Position numbers and translations under genes: made by a program
Notes under the pieces: model-generated
Told to the model about the DNA's origin: nothing
What the model saw: only the letters and a program-made list of their open reading frames with translations
Databases searched by the model: none
DNA from: an uncultured bacterium
Lineage (GTDB): Bacteria; Chloroflexota; UBA5177; JANWHV01
Assembly (NCBI GenBank): GCA_963827235.1
Contig: CAWHAE010000016.1
Span: 416,001-480,000, forward strand
Direction: 5' to 3'
Length of the DNA stretch: 64,000 nt
Shown here: positions 30,762 through 40,317 of the stretch, in pieces
Numbering within the stretch: the first letter of the stretch is position 1
How the letters are laid out: each line of letters opens with the position of its first letter

Positions 30762-31781
30762 TCAAGCTGTCAGCGCGACCACCGCTCCTGTTCCTATGAT
30801 GTTCAGCAGCGCCAGCGGCAGCAGCCAGCGCCACCCAAGTGTCATCAAGCGGTCGTACCGGACACGCGGCAGCGTGGCGCGCACCCAGATAAAAGCGAAC
30901 AGCAGTACGGCAACCTTGATCGAGAACCAGATCAGGCCCGAGAGCCACGACGTGATGATGGTGAATGGGCCCACAGGGCCTCCCAGGAACAGCGTGGTGG
31001 CGAATGAGCTTACCGTGATCATGTTGATGTACTCGGCCATGTAGAACATGGCGAAACGGAAGCTGCTGTATTCGATGTGATAGCCCGCGACCAGCTCTTG
31101 CTCGGCTTCGGCCAGGTCGAACGGTGCTCGGTTAACCTCCGCGATGGCGGCGACGCAGTAGAGCACGAAGCCGAGCGGCTGCCAGAAGATGTTAGGAATG
31201 TGCTTTGCCTGGAAGCTCACGACGTCGGCGAGGCTCAGAGAACCGGTGATCGCGATGACGCCGATCACTGCCATGGTCAGAGCCAGCTCGTAGGAGATCA
31301 CCTGAGCCGAGGACCGTATGCCGCCCAGCAGCGAGTACTTGTTGTTGGAGGCCCAGCCGCCCAGTACAATTCCATACACGCCCAGCGACGTGGCCGCCAG
31401 CACATACAGCACGCCGATGTTGATGTTTGCCAGGGCACCGGACGCGGATACCTGCGTGCCGTGCACGGTAAACGAAAACGCGGCGGTAAACGGAATAACC
31501 GCGAAGGCAGCAAGCGCAACGAACAACGACAGCATCGGGGCCAAGGTGAACACCGGCCGGTCGGCCTGGGCGGGAACCACATCCTCCTTGAAAAGCAGCT
31601 TGATGCCGTCGGCAAGCGGCTGCAGTAGCCCGGCGGGTCCAACACGGTTGGGTCCGAGTCGAACCTGCATCAAGGCGACCACACGACGTTCAGCGTAGGT
31701 CATGTAGGCAAAGCCGGTCAGGAGCGCAAGTATGATCAGGGCAGCGAGGACCACATCGAAGATTCCCTGTTCCCAGGTCAT
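30762..31781 (-). CDS. nuoH: NADH-quinone oxidoreductase subunit H
   Basis: [57 protein letters not shown]; ATG 31781 overlaps the nuoG stop. Confidence 0.96.
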   Translation of the reverse strand: MTWEQGIFDVVLAALIILALLTGFAYMTYAERRVVALMQVRLGPNRVGPAGLLQPLADGIKLLFKEDVVPAQADRPVFTLAPMLSLFVALAAFAVIPFTAAFSFTVHGTQVSASGALANINIGVLYVLAATSLGVYGIVLGGWASNNKYSLLGGIRSSAQVISYELALTMAVIGVIAITGSLSLADVVSFQAKHIPNIFWQPLGFVLYCVAAIAEVNRAPFDLAEAEQELVAGYHIEYSSFRFAMFYMAEYINMITVSSFATTLFLGGPVGPFTIITSWLSGLIWFSIKVAVLLFAFIWVRATLPRVRYDRLMTLGWRWLLPLALLNIIGTGAVVALTA

Positions 31782-33997
31782 CGCACTCCCCCAATGACAA
31801 CGGGCTGGAGCGCCTGCTCGAGAAGGGCAGCCCACGAGCCGAGCCCTGTAGCCCTCGCTATTTCCTGTGTGACGTCCTCATTCCTAAAGTAGCGGAAATC
31901 GCTTCCGAGCGCGCGAGCCACGTCGCACAGCACGCGCCATCCTTCGCGAACGTCCTCCGGCCTGCTCAGCGCGCCGTGCAGCCGTTGCACTCGACCCTCG
32001 GTATTGGTCATCGTGCCGGGCTCCTCAGCATACGCCGCCGAAGGTAGGACGACGTCGGCGCTGACGGTAAGAGCCGACGTTCGCGAGGCCTGCACGACCT
32101 TGAACGCCTTGCTCTGGACGGCGGCCATAGCCTCGGGCACGCCATCGGCGAGCGGATCCAGGTCCAGAATATAGAGTGCCTGGATTGCTCCCTGCGACAG
32201 CCCGGCGTAGAGGTCGCTCTCCGTGTGCCCGACCGCAACTACCGGGAGGGACCCCCAGGCCTGCGACAGCCTCGTCGCGACGCTCTGGTCCGACGCCGCG
32301 GCACCGCCGGCGAGCCACTCGGCGTGAGCGCCCATCTCACATGCTCCCCTGGCATTAGCGCCGGAGGCGAGTGCAAGCGGCAAAGCAGCATCGCCGCCTT
32401 CGGCGGAGGTCGCCAGGCGTCTCGCCAGGGCGTGGAGAGCGGCAAGAAGATCCTGATCGTTGCGGCCTTGCATCAGACGCTCGTCGTACACCACGACGGC
32501 CTTGCGGACCTTGCCGAGCACGGCGACCGCCTGATCATACGGGCCGGGGTCTGTCGCGACAGCGGCAGAAAGCGCAGCGCCGGCGAGGGCCTTTGCCGCG
32601 GACTCGAGGCCCTCCGCCACGGAGCCGGCAGAAGCCGCTCGGCCGACGGCTGCATCCGCGGGAGCGTCCTGGCCGCCAGCGGAGTCACCGTCCAAGGCTG
32701 AAAGAAGCGCATACAGGCTCTCGGCGGGATTTGCCGGATCCAGTGAGGCGCGGGCTCGGCTGAGATAGTCAAGGCCGGTCGGCTCGCCGGACAGAACGAC
32801 CAGAGGCACCTCGCGACGCTTGACCTGCTTCTTAATTCGGAGGTCCAGCACGTGCTGCCGGGCAATCGGATCGGCATCCACCAGGACGATCGCATCGGCT
32901 GTCTCCAGGTCGCTTATCCTGCCGCCGCCGAGCACCGCGGTAGGTGCCGGAGAGCAGTGAGGCACGAGCATGTTGGCCGAACGAAGCACCGTGCGAAATA
33001 GCCGTCCCAGCAAATAGTATTGCTCGTTGGTCGCCCGCGGTCCCGCCAGAGCGGCAACGCCCGACGCCCCGGCGCGCCGCAATCCGTCGGCAGCGGCCTG
33101 CAGCGCCTCGTCCCAGGAAGCCGTCTCGAGCACTCCGTTCCGCCGCACCATGGGAGAGGTGATTCGGTCGCCGAGGCGCTGCCTCTCCAGTGTGCCGTAG
33201 CGGCCCTTGTCGCACAGCCAGCCGTCGTCGACGTCGAGGTTCTCTCGAATCATCAGCCGCATCAGCTCGTTCCGGCGTGTGTCGAGCCGCACGTTGCAGC
33301 CCACGCTGCATCCGGGACAGATGCTCGGCGTGTGCTCGAGATCCCACGGACGGGCACGAAATCGATAGGCGCGCGCGGTCAGGGCACCGACCGGACACAA
33401 CTCGGTCGTATTGCCGGCGAAAACGGAGTCGAACGGCCGATCGGGGAACACGTTGACTTCAGTCTTGCCGCCCCTGTTCAGCAGCACCAGCTGCGGATCG
33501 TCCGCCACGTCCTCCATGAAGCGCACGCAGAGCTGGCACACAATGCACCGCTCCCGATCCAGCATGATCTGAGGCCCGATTGGTAGGTGCTTCTGGAAAT
33601 GTCGCTTCTCCTCGCGGTAGCGGCTCTTGCCCGGACCGTACTTGAACGTCAGATTCTGCAGAGGGCACTCGCCGCCTTTGTCGCAGATAGGGCAGTCGAG
33701 CGGATGGTTGATCAGCAAGAACTCGAGGATACCCTGCTGAGTCTTGACGACGTCCGGTGTGATGGTATGCACGACCATGCCCGGCGCCACGGGAGTGGCA
33801 CAGGCGGGAGGAAAACCCTTGGCGCGCTCGACGGCCACCAGGCACATGCGGCACGCGCCCAGCGGCGCCATCTTCCGACTGTAGCAGAAGGTCGGGATCT
33901 CGATACCGAGCTTCTCGGCCGCGTGCAGGATCGTCGTCCCCGGCGGGACCGACACCTCACGACCGTCTATCGTCAACGTCACGTCTTGCTGTTGCAT
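31778..33997 (-). CDS. nuoG: NADH-quinone oxidoreductase subunit G
   Basis: IPTFCY..ACRMC, HPLDCPICDKGGECPLQ, RCIVCQLC..CPVGAL, CPGCSVGC...C (N7 motif). Confidence 0.93.
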   Translation of the reverse strand: MQQQDVTLTIDGREVSVPPGTTILHAAEKLGIEIPTFCYSRKMAPLGACRMCLVAVERAKGFPPACATPVAPGMVVHTITPDVVKTQQGILEFLLINHPLDCPICDKGGECPLQNLTFKYGPGKSRYREEKRHFQKHLPIGPQIMLDRERCIVCQLCVRFMEDVADDPQLVLLNRGGKTEVNVFPDRPFDSVFAGNTTELCPVGALTARAYRFRARPWDLEHTPSICPGCSVGCNVRLDTRRNELMRLMIRENLDVDDGWLCDKGRYGTLERQRLGDRITSPMVRRNGVLETASWDEALQAAADGLRRAGASGVAALAGPRATNEQYYLLGRLFRTVLRSANMLVPHCSPAPTAVLGGGRISDLETADAIVLVDADPIARQHVLDLRIKKQVKRREVPLVVLSGEPTGLDYLSRARASLDPANPAESLYALLSALDGDSAGGQDAPADAAVGRAASAGSVAEGLESAAKALAGAALSAAVATDPGPYDQAVAVLGKVRKAVVVYDERLMQGRNDQDLLAALHALARRLATSAEGGDAALPLALASGANARGACEMGAHAEWLAGGAAASDQSVATRLSQAWGSLPVVAVGHTESDLYAGLSQGAIQALYILDLDPLADGVPEAMAAVQSKAFKVVQASRTSALTVSADVVLPSAAYAEEPGTMTNTEGRVQRLHGALSRPEDVREGWRVLCDVARALGSDFRYFRNEDVTQEIARATGLGSWAALLEQALQPVVIGGVR

Positions 33998-34000
33998 GCT

Positions 34001-35287
34001 CTACACTCCAGCCGCGGCGAGGGCCTCGGGCATCCGGCAGACATACCCCGCGACGTGTCGCTCGTATTCGTCGCGGAAGTACTTCACACTGCTGGCAACC
34101 GGCCCGGTGGCGAATTCACCCAGCGCGCAGAGACTCTTCCCGGCGATGTTTTCACAGATGTTGACAAGCAGATCTACGTCGGCCATGGTGCCCAGGCCGG
34201 TCTCCATGCGCTCCAGGATCCTGGCCATCCACGGACAGCCTTCCCGGCACGGCGTACACTTTCCGCACGACTCGTGCGCAAAGAATTGCGTGGCACGCAA
34301 GGTGAAGTCTATGATGCACTGCCGGTCGTCGAGCACGATCATGGCGCCGGCACCAAGTGCACTGCCTATCTTGGCGACCGCGTCGATGTCGGCAGGAGTG
34401 TCCTGTTGCGAGGCCGGCAGAATAGGCGGCTCAGCGCCGAGCATGAGAGCCTTGAGCGGATGCGCTGCATCCTGCATGCCGCCGGCCATCTCGATAAGCT
34501 CTCTGAACGTCGTGCCCATTGGCGCTTCATAGTTTTCCGGATTGCGCACGTTCCCCGAGATCGAGAACACCTTCGTGCCCGGGCAGGTAGGCGATCCGAT
34601 GCCTAGGAACCAGTCGGCCCCATTGCGAACGATGTGCGGCACATTGCTCAGCGTTTCCACGTTGTTTACGACGGTCGGCCGCTGATAGAGGCCCTTGATT
34701 GCCGGAAACGGAGGACGCTGACGGGGTTGGCCCCGGCTACCCTCCATACATTCGATGAGCGCGGTCTCTTCGCCTACCTCGTACGAGCCGGCACCACGCT
34801 GCACGAGCAAATCCAAGTCGTAGCCACTGCCGAGGATGTTCCTGCCGAGATAGCCTTTCCTGTATGCCTCTCCAACAGCCGCGTCGAGGCGTTGCCAGGC
34901 GTGCAGATACTCGCCGCGAATCAGTATGAAGGCGTTTCGGGCTCCTATGGCATAGGATGTGAGGATGCAGCCCTCCAGCAGCTGATGCGGGTTGAATTCC
35001 ATCAGCAATCTGTTGTTGAACGCCCCCGGCGTGCCTTCGTCGGCATTGCAGAGCAGGTACTTCTCGAGCGCAGGATCCTTGGGCAGGAAGCTCCACTTCC
35101 GACCGGCGGGAAAGCCCGCGCCGCCGCGGCCCCGAAGGTTCGCCTTGATCACCATGTCGGTGATTTCCTTCGGCTGCATCTCCTTGAGCGCCCGGCGCAG
35201 TGCCGTGTACCCGTCGTGCTGCTCGTACACGTCGATCCGCTCAATGCCAGGCACGCCCCGATGCTTGGTCAAGATTAGTTCCGGCAT
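34001..35287 (-). CDS. nuoF: NADH-quinone oxidoreductase subunit F
   Basis: LRGRGGAGFPAG, CNADEG, GEETAL, NNVETL, ESCGKCTPCREG. Confidence 0.95.
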   Translation of the reverse strand: MPELILTKHRGVPGIERIDVYEQHDGYTALRRALKEMQPKEITDMVIKANLRGRGGAGFPAGRKWSFLPKDPALEKYLLCNADEGTPGAFNNRLLMEFNPHQLLEGCILTSYAIGARNAFILIRGEYLHAWQRLDAAVGEAYRKGYLGRNILGSGYDLDLLVQRGAGSYEVGEETALIECMEGSRGQPRQRPPFPAIKGLYQRPTVVNNVETLSNVPHIVRNGADWFLGIGSPTCPGTKVFSISGNVRNPENYEAPMGTTFRELIEMAGGMQDAAHPLKALMLGAEPPILPASQQDTPADIDAVAKIGSALGAGAMIVLDDRQCIIDFTLRATQFFAHESCGKCTPCREGCPWMARILERMETGLGTMADVDLLVNICENIAGKSLCALGEFATGPVASSVKYFRDEYERHVAGYVCRMPEALAAAGV

Positions 35288-35327
35288 CCAACCCTCCGGC
35301 TCCGGCCTTCCGGCAACGAGAGCTGAA

Positions 35328-35795
35328 TCATACGAACCGGTCGAGCGCCGCGTCGATTGCTTCCGGCGTATCGAGGGGCCCGAACGGCTCCAAGTCGATT
35401 TCCATCATGGGAGCACGCTCGCACTGCCCAAGACACTCGACCGCGTGAACGTAAAACCTGCCATCGGCGGTGGTAGCGCCCGGCTCGACCTTCAGCTTGT
35501 CGAGCACATAGGCCAAAACCTTGTCACACCCGCGCGCCTTGCACGATAGGTTCGTGCAGACATCAATCGTGTGCCGGCCCACGGGCTGCTTGAAGAACAT
35601 CGTGTAGTAGCTGGCCACCGACTTAACATCAGCAGGCGTCAATCGCAGCAGATCGCCCACCTCCGCCATCGATTCCTCGCTCACATGGCCTTCCGCATCC
35701 TGGACCAGATACAGAGAAGGCAGCAGCGCCGATCGTCGATGGGGATAGCGCTCGATGAGCTCGACTATACGTGTGCGGGTTGCCTCTGACAGCAT
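35328..35795 (-). CDS. nuoE: NADH-quinone oxidoreductase subunit E
   Basis: RSALLP, VASYYTMF, VCTNLSC...ECLGQCERAP (2Fe-2S). Confidence 0.95.
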   Translation of the reverse strand: MLSEATRTRIVELIERYPHRRSALLPSLYLVQDAEGHVSEESMAEVGDLLRLTPADVKSVASYYTMFFKQPVGRHTIDVCTNLSCKARGCDKVLAYVLDKLKVEPGATTADGRFYVHAVECLGQCERAPMMEIDLEPFGPLDTPEAIDAALDRFV

Positions 35796-35871
35796 CTCTT
35801 CTCTTACCTACACGTGCGCCGCTCACGCCGAGCGGCCTTCGCTCCGTATCGTCCCAACCTCGGACGCCCGG

Positions 35872-37114
35872 CTACCGGTCGATCTCTCCCAGGATGATGT
35901 CGATGGTTCCGATAATCGCCACGACGTCGGCGACCAGATGGCCCTTGCACATGAGTGGTAGCACCTGCAGGTTGGCAAACGAAGGCGCGCGCACGTGGCA
36001 GCGTCGTGGCTTGTTTGTGCCGTCGCTCACCACATACACCTCCAGCGCACCTCGAGGTGACTCGGCTGCCGCCAGCGCTTCGCCAATCGGAGGGTGCAAG
36101 CCCTCGGTGAGCAGCTTGAAATGATGAATCACCGCCTCCATGCTTGACGCCAGCTCTTCCTTGGGCGGCGGCACGACCTTGCGGTCGTCGGAGCGGATCG
36201 GACCACCGGGCATCATATCCAGGCACTGCGCGACAATGCGTTGTGACTCACGGAGCTCGGCCACGCGGCAGACATAGCGTGCGTAGCAATCGCCTTCGCT
36301 GCGCACAGGCACGTCGAAACGGATCTGATCGTACACAAGGTACGGCATCGTCTTGCGGAGATCCCAGTCCACTCCGGACGCTCGGAGCAGCGGGCCTGTG
36401 ACGCCAAAGCGAGTCGCATCCTCGACGCTTAGCTTGCCGACCCCTTGCAGCCGCTCCTTCCAAATGCCGTTTCGCGTCAGCAGCCGCTCGTATTCGTCGA
36501 CACGCGCCGGAAACTTGTCGTTGAAGGCGCGCACCCTGTCCAGCCAGCCGTCCGGTGCTTCCTGCTCAATTCCAGCCAAAGCGGATGTAGCTGGTCATCA
36601 TGCGCTGGCCGGTAAGCTCTTCGAACAAGTCGAGCATCAGCTCGCGCTCGCGGAAGCAGTAGAGAAACACCGTCATCGCGCCGAGGTCCAAGGCGTGAGT
36701 GCCAAGCCAGACAAGGTGGCTGGTGATTCGCGTCATCTCCGCCAGCATCACTCGCATCCATTGGGCCCTGGCAGGCACGTCTACGCCGAGCAGCTTCTCG
36801 ACCGCCATGCAGTACACCAGGTTGTTGCCCAGGGGGTTGAGGTAGTCCATGCGATCGGTGCAGGTGAGTGCAGCCTCATATCGCTTGCACTGGATCGTCT
36901 TCTCGATGCCGGTGTGCAGGTAACCGATGTCCGGCTCGGCGTTGACCACTGTCTCGCCGTCGAGGGTCAGAATGACCCTTAGGACGCCGTGCGTGCTCGG
37001 ATGCTGCGGTCCCATGTTGACGACCATGTAGTCGGACTCGTCGCGTATCTCGGGGCGCTCGACAACCGCGGTCCGACCGCCATCCTGTTCGATTATGCGT
37101 GTCTCAGTAAGCAC
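35872..37114 (-). CDS. nuoD: NADH-quinone oxidoreductase subunit D (one frameshift near 36575)
   Basis: The N part (NMGPQHPSTHGVLR, GYLHTGIEK) and C part (GPLLRASG, ESPRG, DIILGEIDR) are in different frames. Removing one base from TTTGGCTGGAATT restores YIRFGGIEQ. Confidence 0.93.
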
Positions 37115-37159
37115 TGGCTCTGTCCATTCACTGTCTGCAGGCGGGAGCCATGGGCGATG

Positions 37160-37699
37160 CTACGACGTGAACCCGACTTCCTCGCCGCCCAAGGGATGGT
37201 CAAACCGGAGAGGGTGACCCTGCCAGTCCTCCGGCAACAGCAGGCGACGCAGATTAGGATGCTCGCTGAACCGAATGCCGAACAGATCGAACACCTCGCG
37301 CTCGAACCAATTCGCGCCCGCGTGGATCGACGTCACGCTCGGCACCTCTGGGTTGGGCACGTCCTCCACCTCGACCTTAAGGCGAAACCTATCGACCCGC
37401 GACCGCGATAGCAGGCTATAGACCACTTCCCAGCGCGGCGAGCGCGGCAGCAGATCCACGGCGGTAACGTCCAGAAGGACATTCAACGTCGTGCCGGGGT
37501 CATCCCGCAAGACTCTGCAGGCGTCGACGATCAGACCGGCGGGTACTACCGCCCAGTCGGCACCGAATGCGCTGACCGCTCGAATAGATACCCCGGGGAA
37601 CGCGGCACGCAGTGCCAGCACCGCGACGTTGTTCTCGGCCGGGCTAGTCGCGACTGCCTCGGGACTGGGGGTCTCGAGTTGCGATTCACTTGCAGCCAT
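37160..37699 (-). CDS. nuoC: NADH-quinone oxidoreductase subunit C
   Basis: DVTAVD, EVVYSLLS, ANWFEREVFDLFGI.F..HPNLRRLL, GHPLR. Confidence 0.95.
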   Translation of the reverse strand: MAASESQLETPSPEAVATSPAENNVAVLALRAAFPGVSIRAVSAFGADWAVVPAGLIVDACRVLRDDPGTTLNVLLDVTAVDLLPRSPRWEVVYSLLSRSRVDRFRLKVEVEDVPNPEVPSVTSIHAGANWFEREVFDLFGIRFSEHPNLRRLLLPEDWQGHPLRFDHPLGGEEVGFTS

Positions 37700-37702
37700 A
37701 TG

Positions 37703-38188
37703 CTAGCTCGCCCGCCGAAGAACCAGGCGCTCGCGCATGATCTTCTCATGTAGCTTCAGCACGGCGTCCATGAGCGCCTCCGGTCTTGGCGGGCAGCCAG
37801 GGACATAGACGTCGACGGGCACAATCTTGTCGACGCCCTGGATCACGGCATAGTTGTTGAAGACGCCGCCCGACGAAGCACAGGCGCCCATCGAGATGAC
37901 CCACTTGGGCTCGGGCATCTGGTCGTAGATCTGGCGCAGCACAGGCGCCATCTTCTGGCACACGCGGCCGGATACTATCATGAGGTCTGCCTGCCGCGGC
38001 GAGGCTCGGAACAACTCCGATCCGAACCGCGCCAGATCGTACTTGCTGGCGCCCGTAGACATCATCTCGATAGCGCAGCATGCCAGCCCGAACAACGCGG
38101 GCCACAGGGACGACTTCCGTCCCCAATCCGCGACCTGTTCGATTGTGGTGGTGATGATGCTGTCACCAAAGGCAGTCTCTAATCCCAC
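37703..38188 (-). CDS. nuoB: NADH-quinone oxidoreductase subunit B
   Basis: [48 protein letters not shown]; start placed at GTG 38188. Confidence 0.96.
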   Translation of the reverse strand: MGLETAFGDSIITTTIEQVADWGRKSSLWPALFGLACCAIEMMSTGASKYDLARFGSELFRASPRQADLMIVSGRVCQKMAPVLRQIYDQMPEPKWVISMGACASSGGVFNNYAVIQGVDKIVPVDVYVPGCPPRPEALMDAVLKLHEKIMRERLVLRRAS

Positions 38189-38544
38189 TCCAGCACTCCC
38201 TTTCGCCAGATATAGAGCAAGCCGAGGAGAAGCACGATCACGAATACTAGCATCTCCTCGAACCCGAAGACCTTGAGATGCTTGAGCCACACCGCCCAAG
38301 GATAAAGGAAAATGGCTTCGATATCGAACACGATGAACAGCATGGCCATCAGGTAGAACTTCACAGGGAAGCGCTGCCGTGCCGGAGTCACCGGAACGAT
38401 GCCGCATTCATACGGCGCGAGCTTGGCCGGCGTGGGCCTTCGCGGACCAAAGAATATGGACACACAGGTCAGCACGACCGCCAAGGCCGCGGCTAGACCC
38501 ATGATGATCAGGATCGGCGCAAACGCAGTGAGGTCATTGGTCAT
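38179..38544 (-). CDS. nuoA: NADH-quinone oxidoreductase subunit A
   Basis: [35 protein letters not shown]; start placed at ATG 38544. Confidence 0.96.
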   Translation of the reverse strand: MTNDLTAFAPILIIMGLAAALAVVLTCVSIFFGPRRPTPAKLAPYECGIVPVTPARQRFPVKFYLMAMLFIVFDIEAIFLYPWAVWLKHLKVFGFEEMLVFVIVLLLGLLYIWRKGVLEWD

Positions 38545-38636
38545 GACGATCCCCTCTCCAGAACCCAGTTCCGTGAAAGGTCGGCGATGGTACCGCGTCA
38601 GGGGGCTGTCCGGTGAATCAGACGCAGCACCATCTG

Positions 38637-38645
38637 AGTATACCA
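38637..38645 (-). promoter_or_regulatory. Extended -10 promoter of the nuo operon (TGgTATACT)
   Basis: Near-consensus motif about 95 nt upstream of nuoA. Confidence 0.6.
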
Positions 38646-38711
38646 AAAGGCATCTCTTCGGTGTTATCCAATTCGAAATTGCGTAGCTTGCGAAAGCCAC
38701 GCGAAGGCAAC

Positions 38712-38741
38712 TTGCCTCAAACCGCGGTACCGCCGTATAGT
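38712..38741 (+). promoter_or_regulatory. Sigma70-type promoter TTGCCT-N18-TATAGT, divergent from nuo
   Basis: Near-consensus hexamers about 280 nt upstream of the radical SAM gene. Confidence 0.55.
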
Positions 38742-39020
38742 GCGAATGTGGCACTCCCGGGTTACCGGGCAGGGCCGCTACTTGCCTGGCTACAGTGACG
38801 AGCCGGCGTCGTCCCGCGGTGCCACTCATGCGGGATGGCGTTGTCGCTCGATCGGGCGCGCGACGAGCAGGCAGGAAAGCCGTGGTAAGGACAGGCATGA
38901 CATACGTGCTCCACACTGTGAGCACGTGCCGGTTGGAGGCTGGTCGGGCTGAGCCCGGCGCGTAGCCCGTGTTTCGGGAGAATCGCAAGCGTCGACGGCG
39001 ACCAAGAAACTGAGGAAAGC

Positions 39021-40133
39021 ATGCGACCATTCGCGATTGATTGGGGATTGGCGAGTCTTGCCCTTGGTCCGCTTACGGGGCGACCCGTCATGGCGTACTA
39101 CTACGTGACGTACAAATGTACGGCGCGCTGTACGTTCTGCAATATCCCCGACGGGCCAATGGATGTCATACCTGTGTCGAAGTACGCTACAACGGCGCAG
39201 AGTATAGAGCATTTCCGCGTCCTCAAGAGCATCGGCGTACGAATAGTAGACTTCACCGGCGGCGAGCCGCTACTCAAGAAGAATCTCCCGGTGCTGCTCA
39301 AGGCGGCGAAGGACATGGGTCTGGCTACCCAGCTGACGACCAACTGCACGCTGTATCCGCGACGCGCGCGCGAGCTGCAGGGATTGATCGACATTCTGAA
39401 CTTCTCTCTGGTTGGCCCCACGGCGTCGGTGCACAATCCCATTCGGCGGGACTGCAGTTTTGACGACGTGATTCGGAGCATGGGCATCGCTCGCGAGCTG
39501 GGCGAGCCCTATCAGCTCATATTCGTGCTCACAAACAGCAATATCGACCAGCTTCAGCCGATGATCGAGCTCACTCGCGAGCATCAGGCGATTCTCAAGA
39601 TTCAGCCGGAATTCGATCTCTTCGGCAACGGCAACGTAGACCTGCGCAACGTGCGCGCGGCCGAGAAAATGGCGCGAGAGAACAACGTCTATGTGAACAT
39701 GGCCGAGACGAGCATCTTCGAGACCGGCAACATGAAAGAGAACCCGCGTTGCCGAGCAGCGAATGCTGTCATCGTGGTGTCGCCGGATGGCTACGTACTC
39801 TACCCGTGCTACCACATGGTAACGACGAAGATACCGCTTGACCGGAACTTCGCGAGACTCGTCCGATCCAACAAGTGGAAGCAAATGCAGGACGAGGTAG
39901 GCACGTTCAGCTTCTGCGACGGCTGCCGGAATCTCTGCTATTTGCACCCATCGTTCACCTACAAGTACGATCGGCTCTTCGTGCTCAGCGCGCTCTCAGA
40001 CTACCGGTACTTGCGCGAACGCAGGCGGATCGAGGCGGAGCGAGTGGCTGCCCTGGCCGCGATGAGCAGTGAAGAGAACGGGGAGGCTGCGGCCACCGCT
40101 CCAGCCCACATCTCAATGGCTGCCGGCAGGTAG
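39021..40133 (+). CDS. Radical SAM protein with a C-terminal SPASM/twitch-like Cys region
   Basis: YYVTYKCTARCTFC (CxxxCxxC), DFTGGEPLL, TTN, then CRAAN...PCYH...FCDGCRNLC; SD GAGGA. Confidence 0.9.
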   Translation: MRPFAIDWGLASLALGPLTGRPVMAYYYVTYKCTARCTFCNIPDGPMDVIPVSKYATTAQSIEHFRVLKSIGVRIVDFTGGEPLLKKNLPVLLKAAKDMGLATQLTTNCTLYPRRARELQGLIDILNFSLVGPTASVHNPIRRDCSFDDVIRSMGIARELGEPYQLIFVLTNSNIDQLQPMIELTREHQAILKIQPEFDLFGNGNVDLRNVRAAEKMARENNVYVNMAETSIFETGNMKENPRCRAANAVIVVSPDGYVLYPCYHMVTTKIPLDRNFARLVRSNKWKQMQDEVGTFSFCDGCRNLCYLHPSFTYKYDRLFVLSALSDYRYLRERRRIEAERVAALAAMSSEENGEAAATAPAHISMAAGR

Positions 40134-40317
40134 ATAGGCGCGCCTCATCGCCCGCTGGACCATGTACCCTGCGCGACAAGCGGCGGGCCGTTATGCGAAG
40201 AGGTGGTATGGTGCTGCTTGCGAGATTCACTCGCGGCATGCTACACCGTGCAATGTAGCGTGGTACGTATTCGCCTCGAGCTACAGTCGGGCGGCCGCGG
40301 CCGAGTAAGGGCACCTT

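Noticed and set aside
38748-38828. tRNA-like cloverleaf
   Set aside because: No TTC T-loop, the D-loop is only 4 nt, and extra bases lie between the last stem and the closing stem. Kept only as a candidate structured leader.
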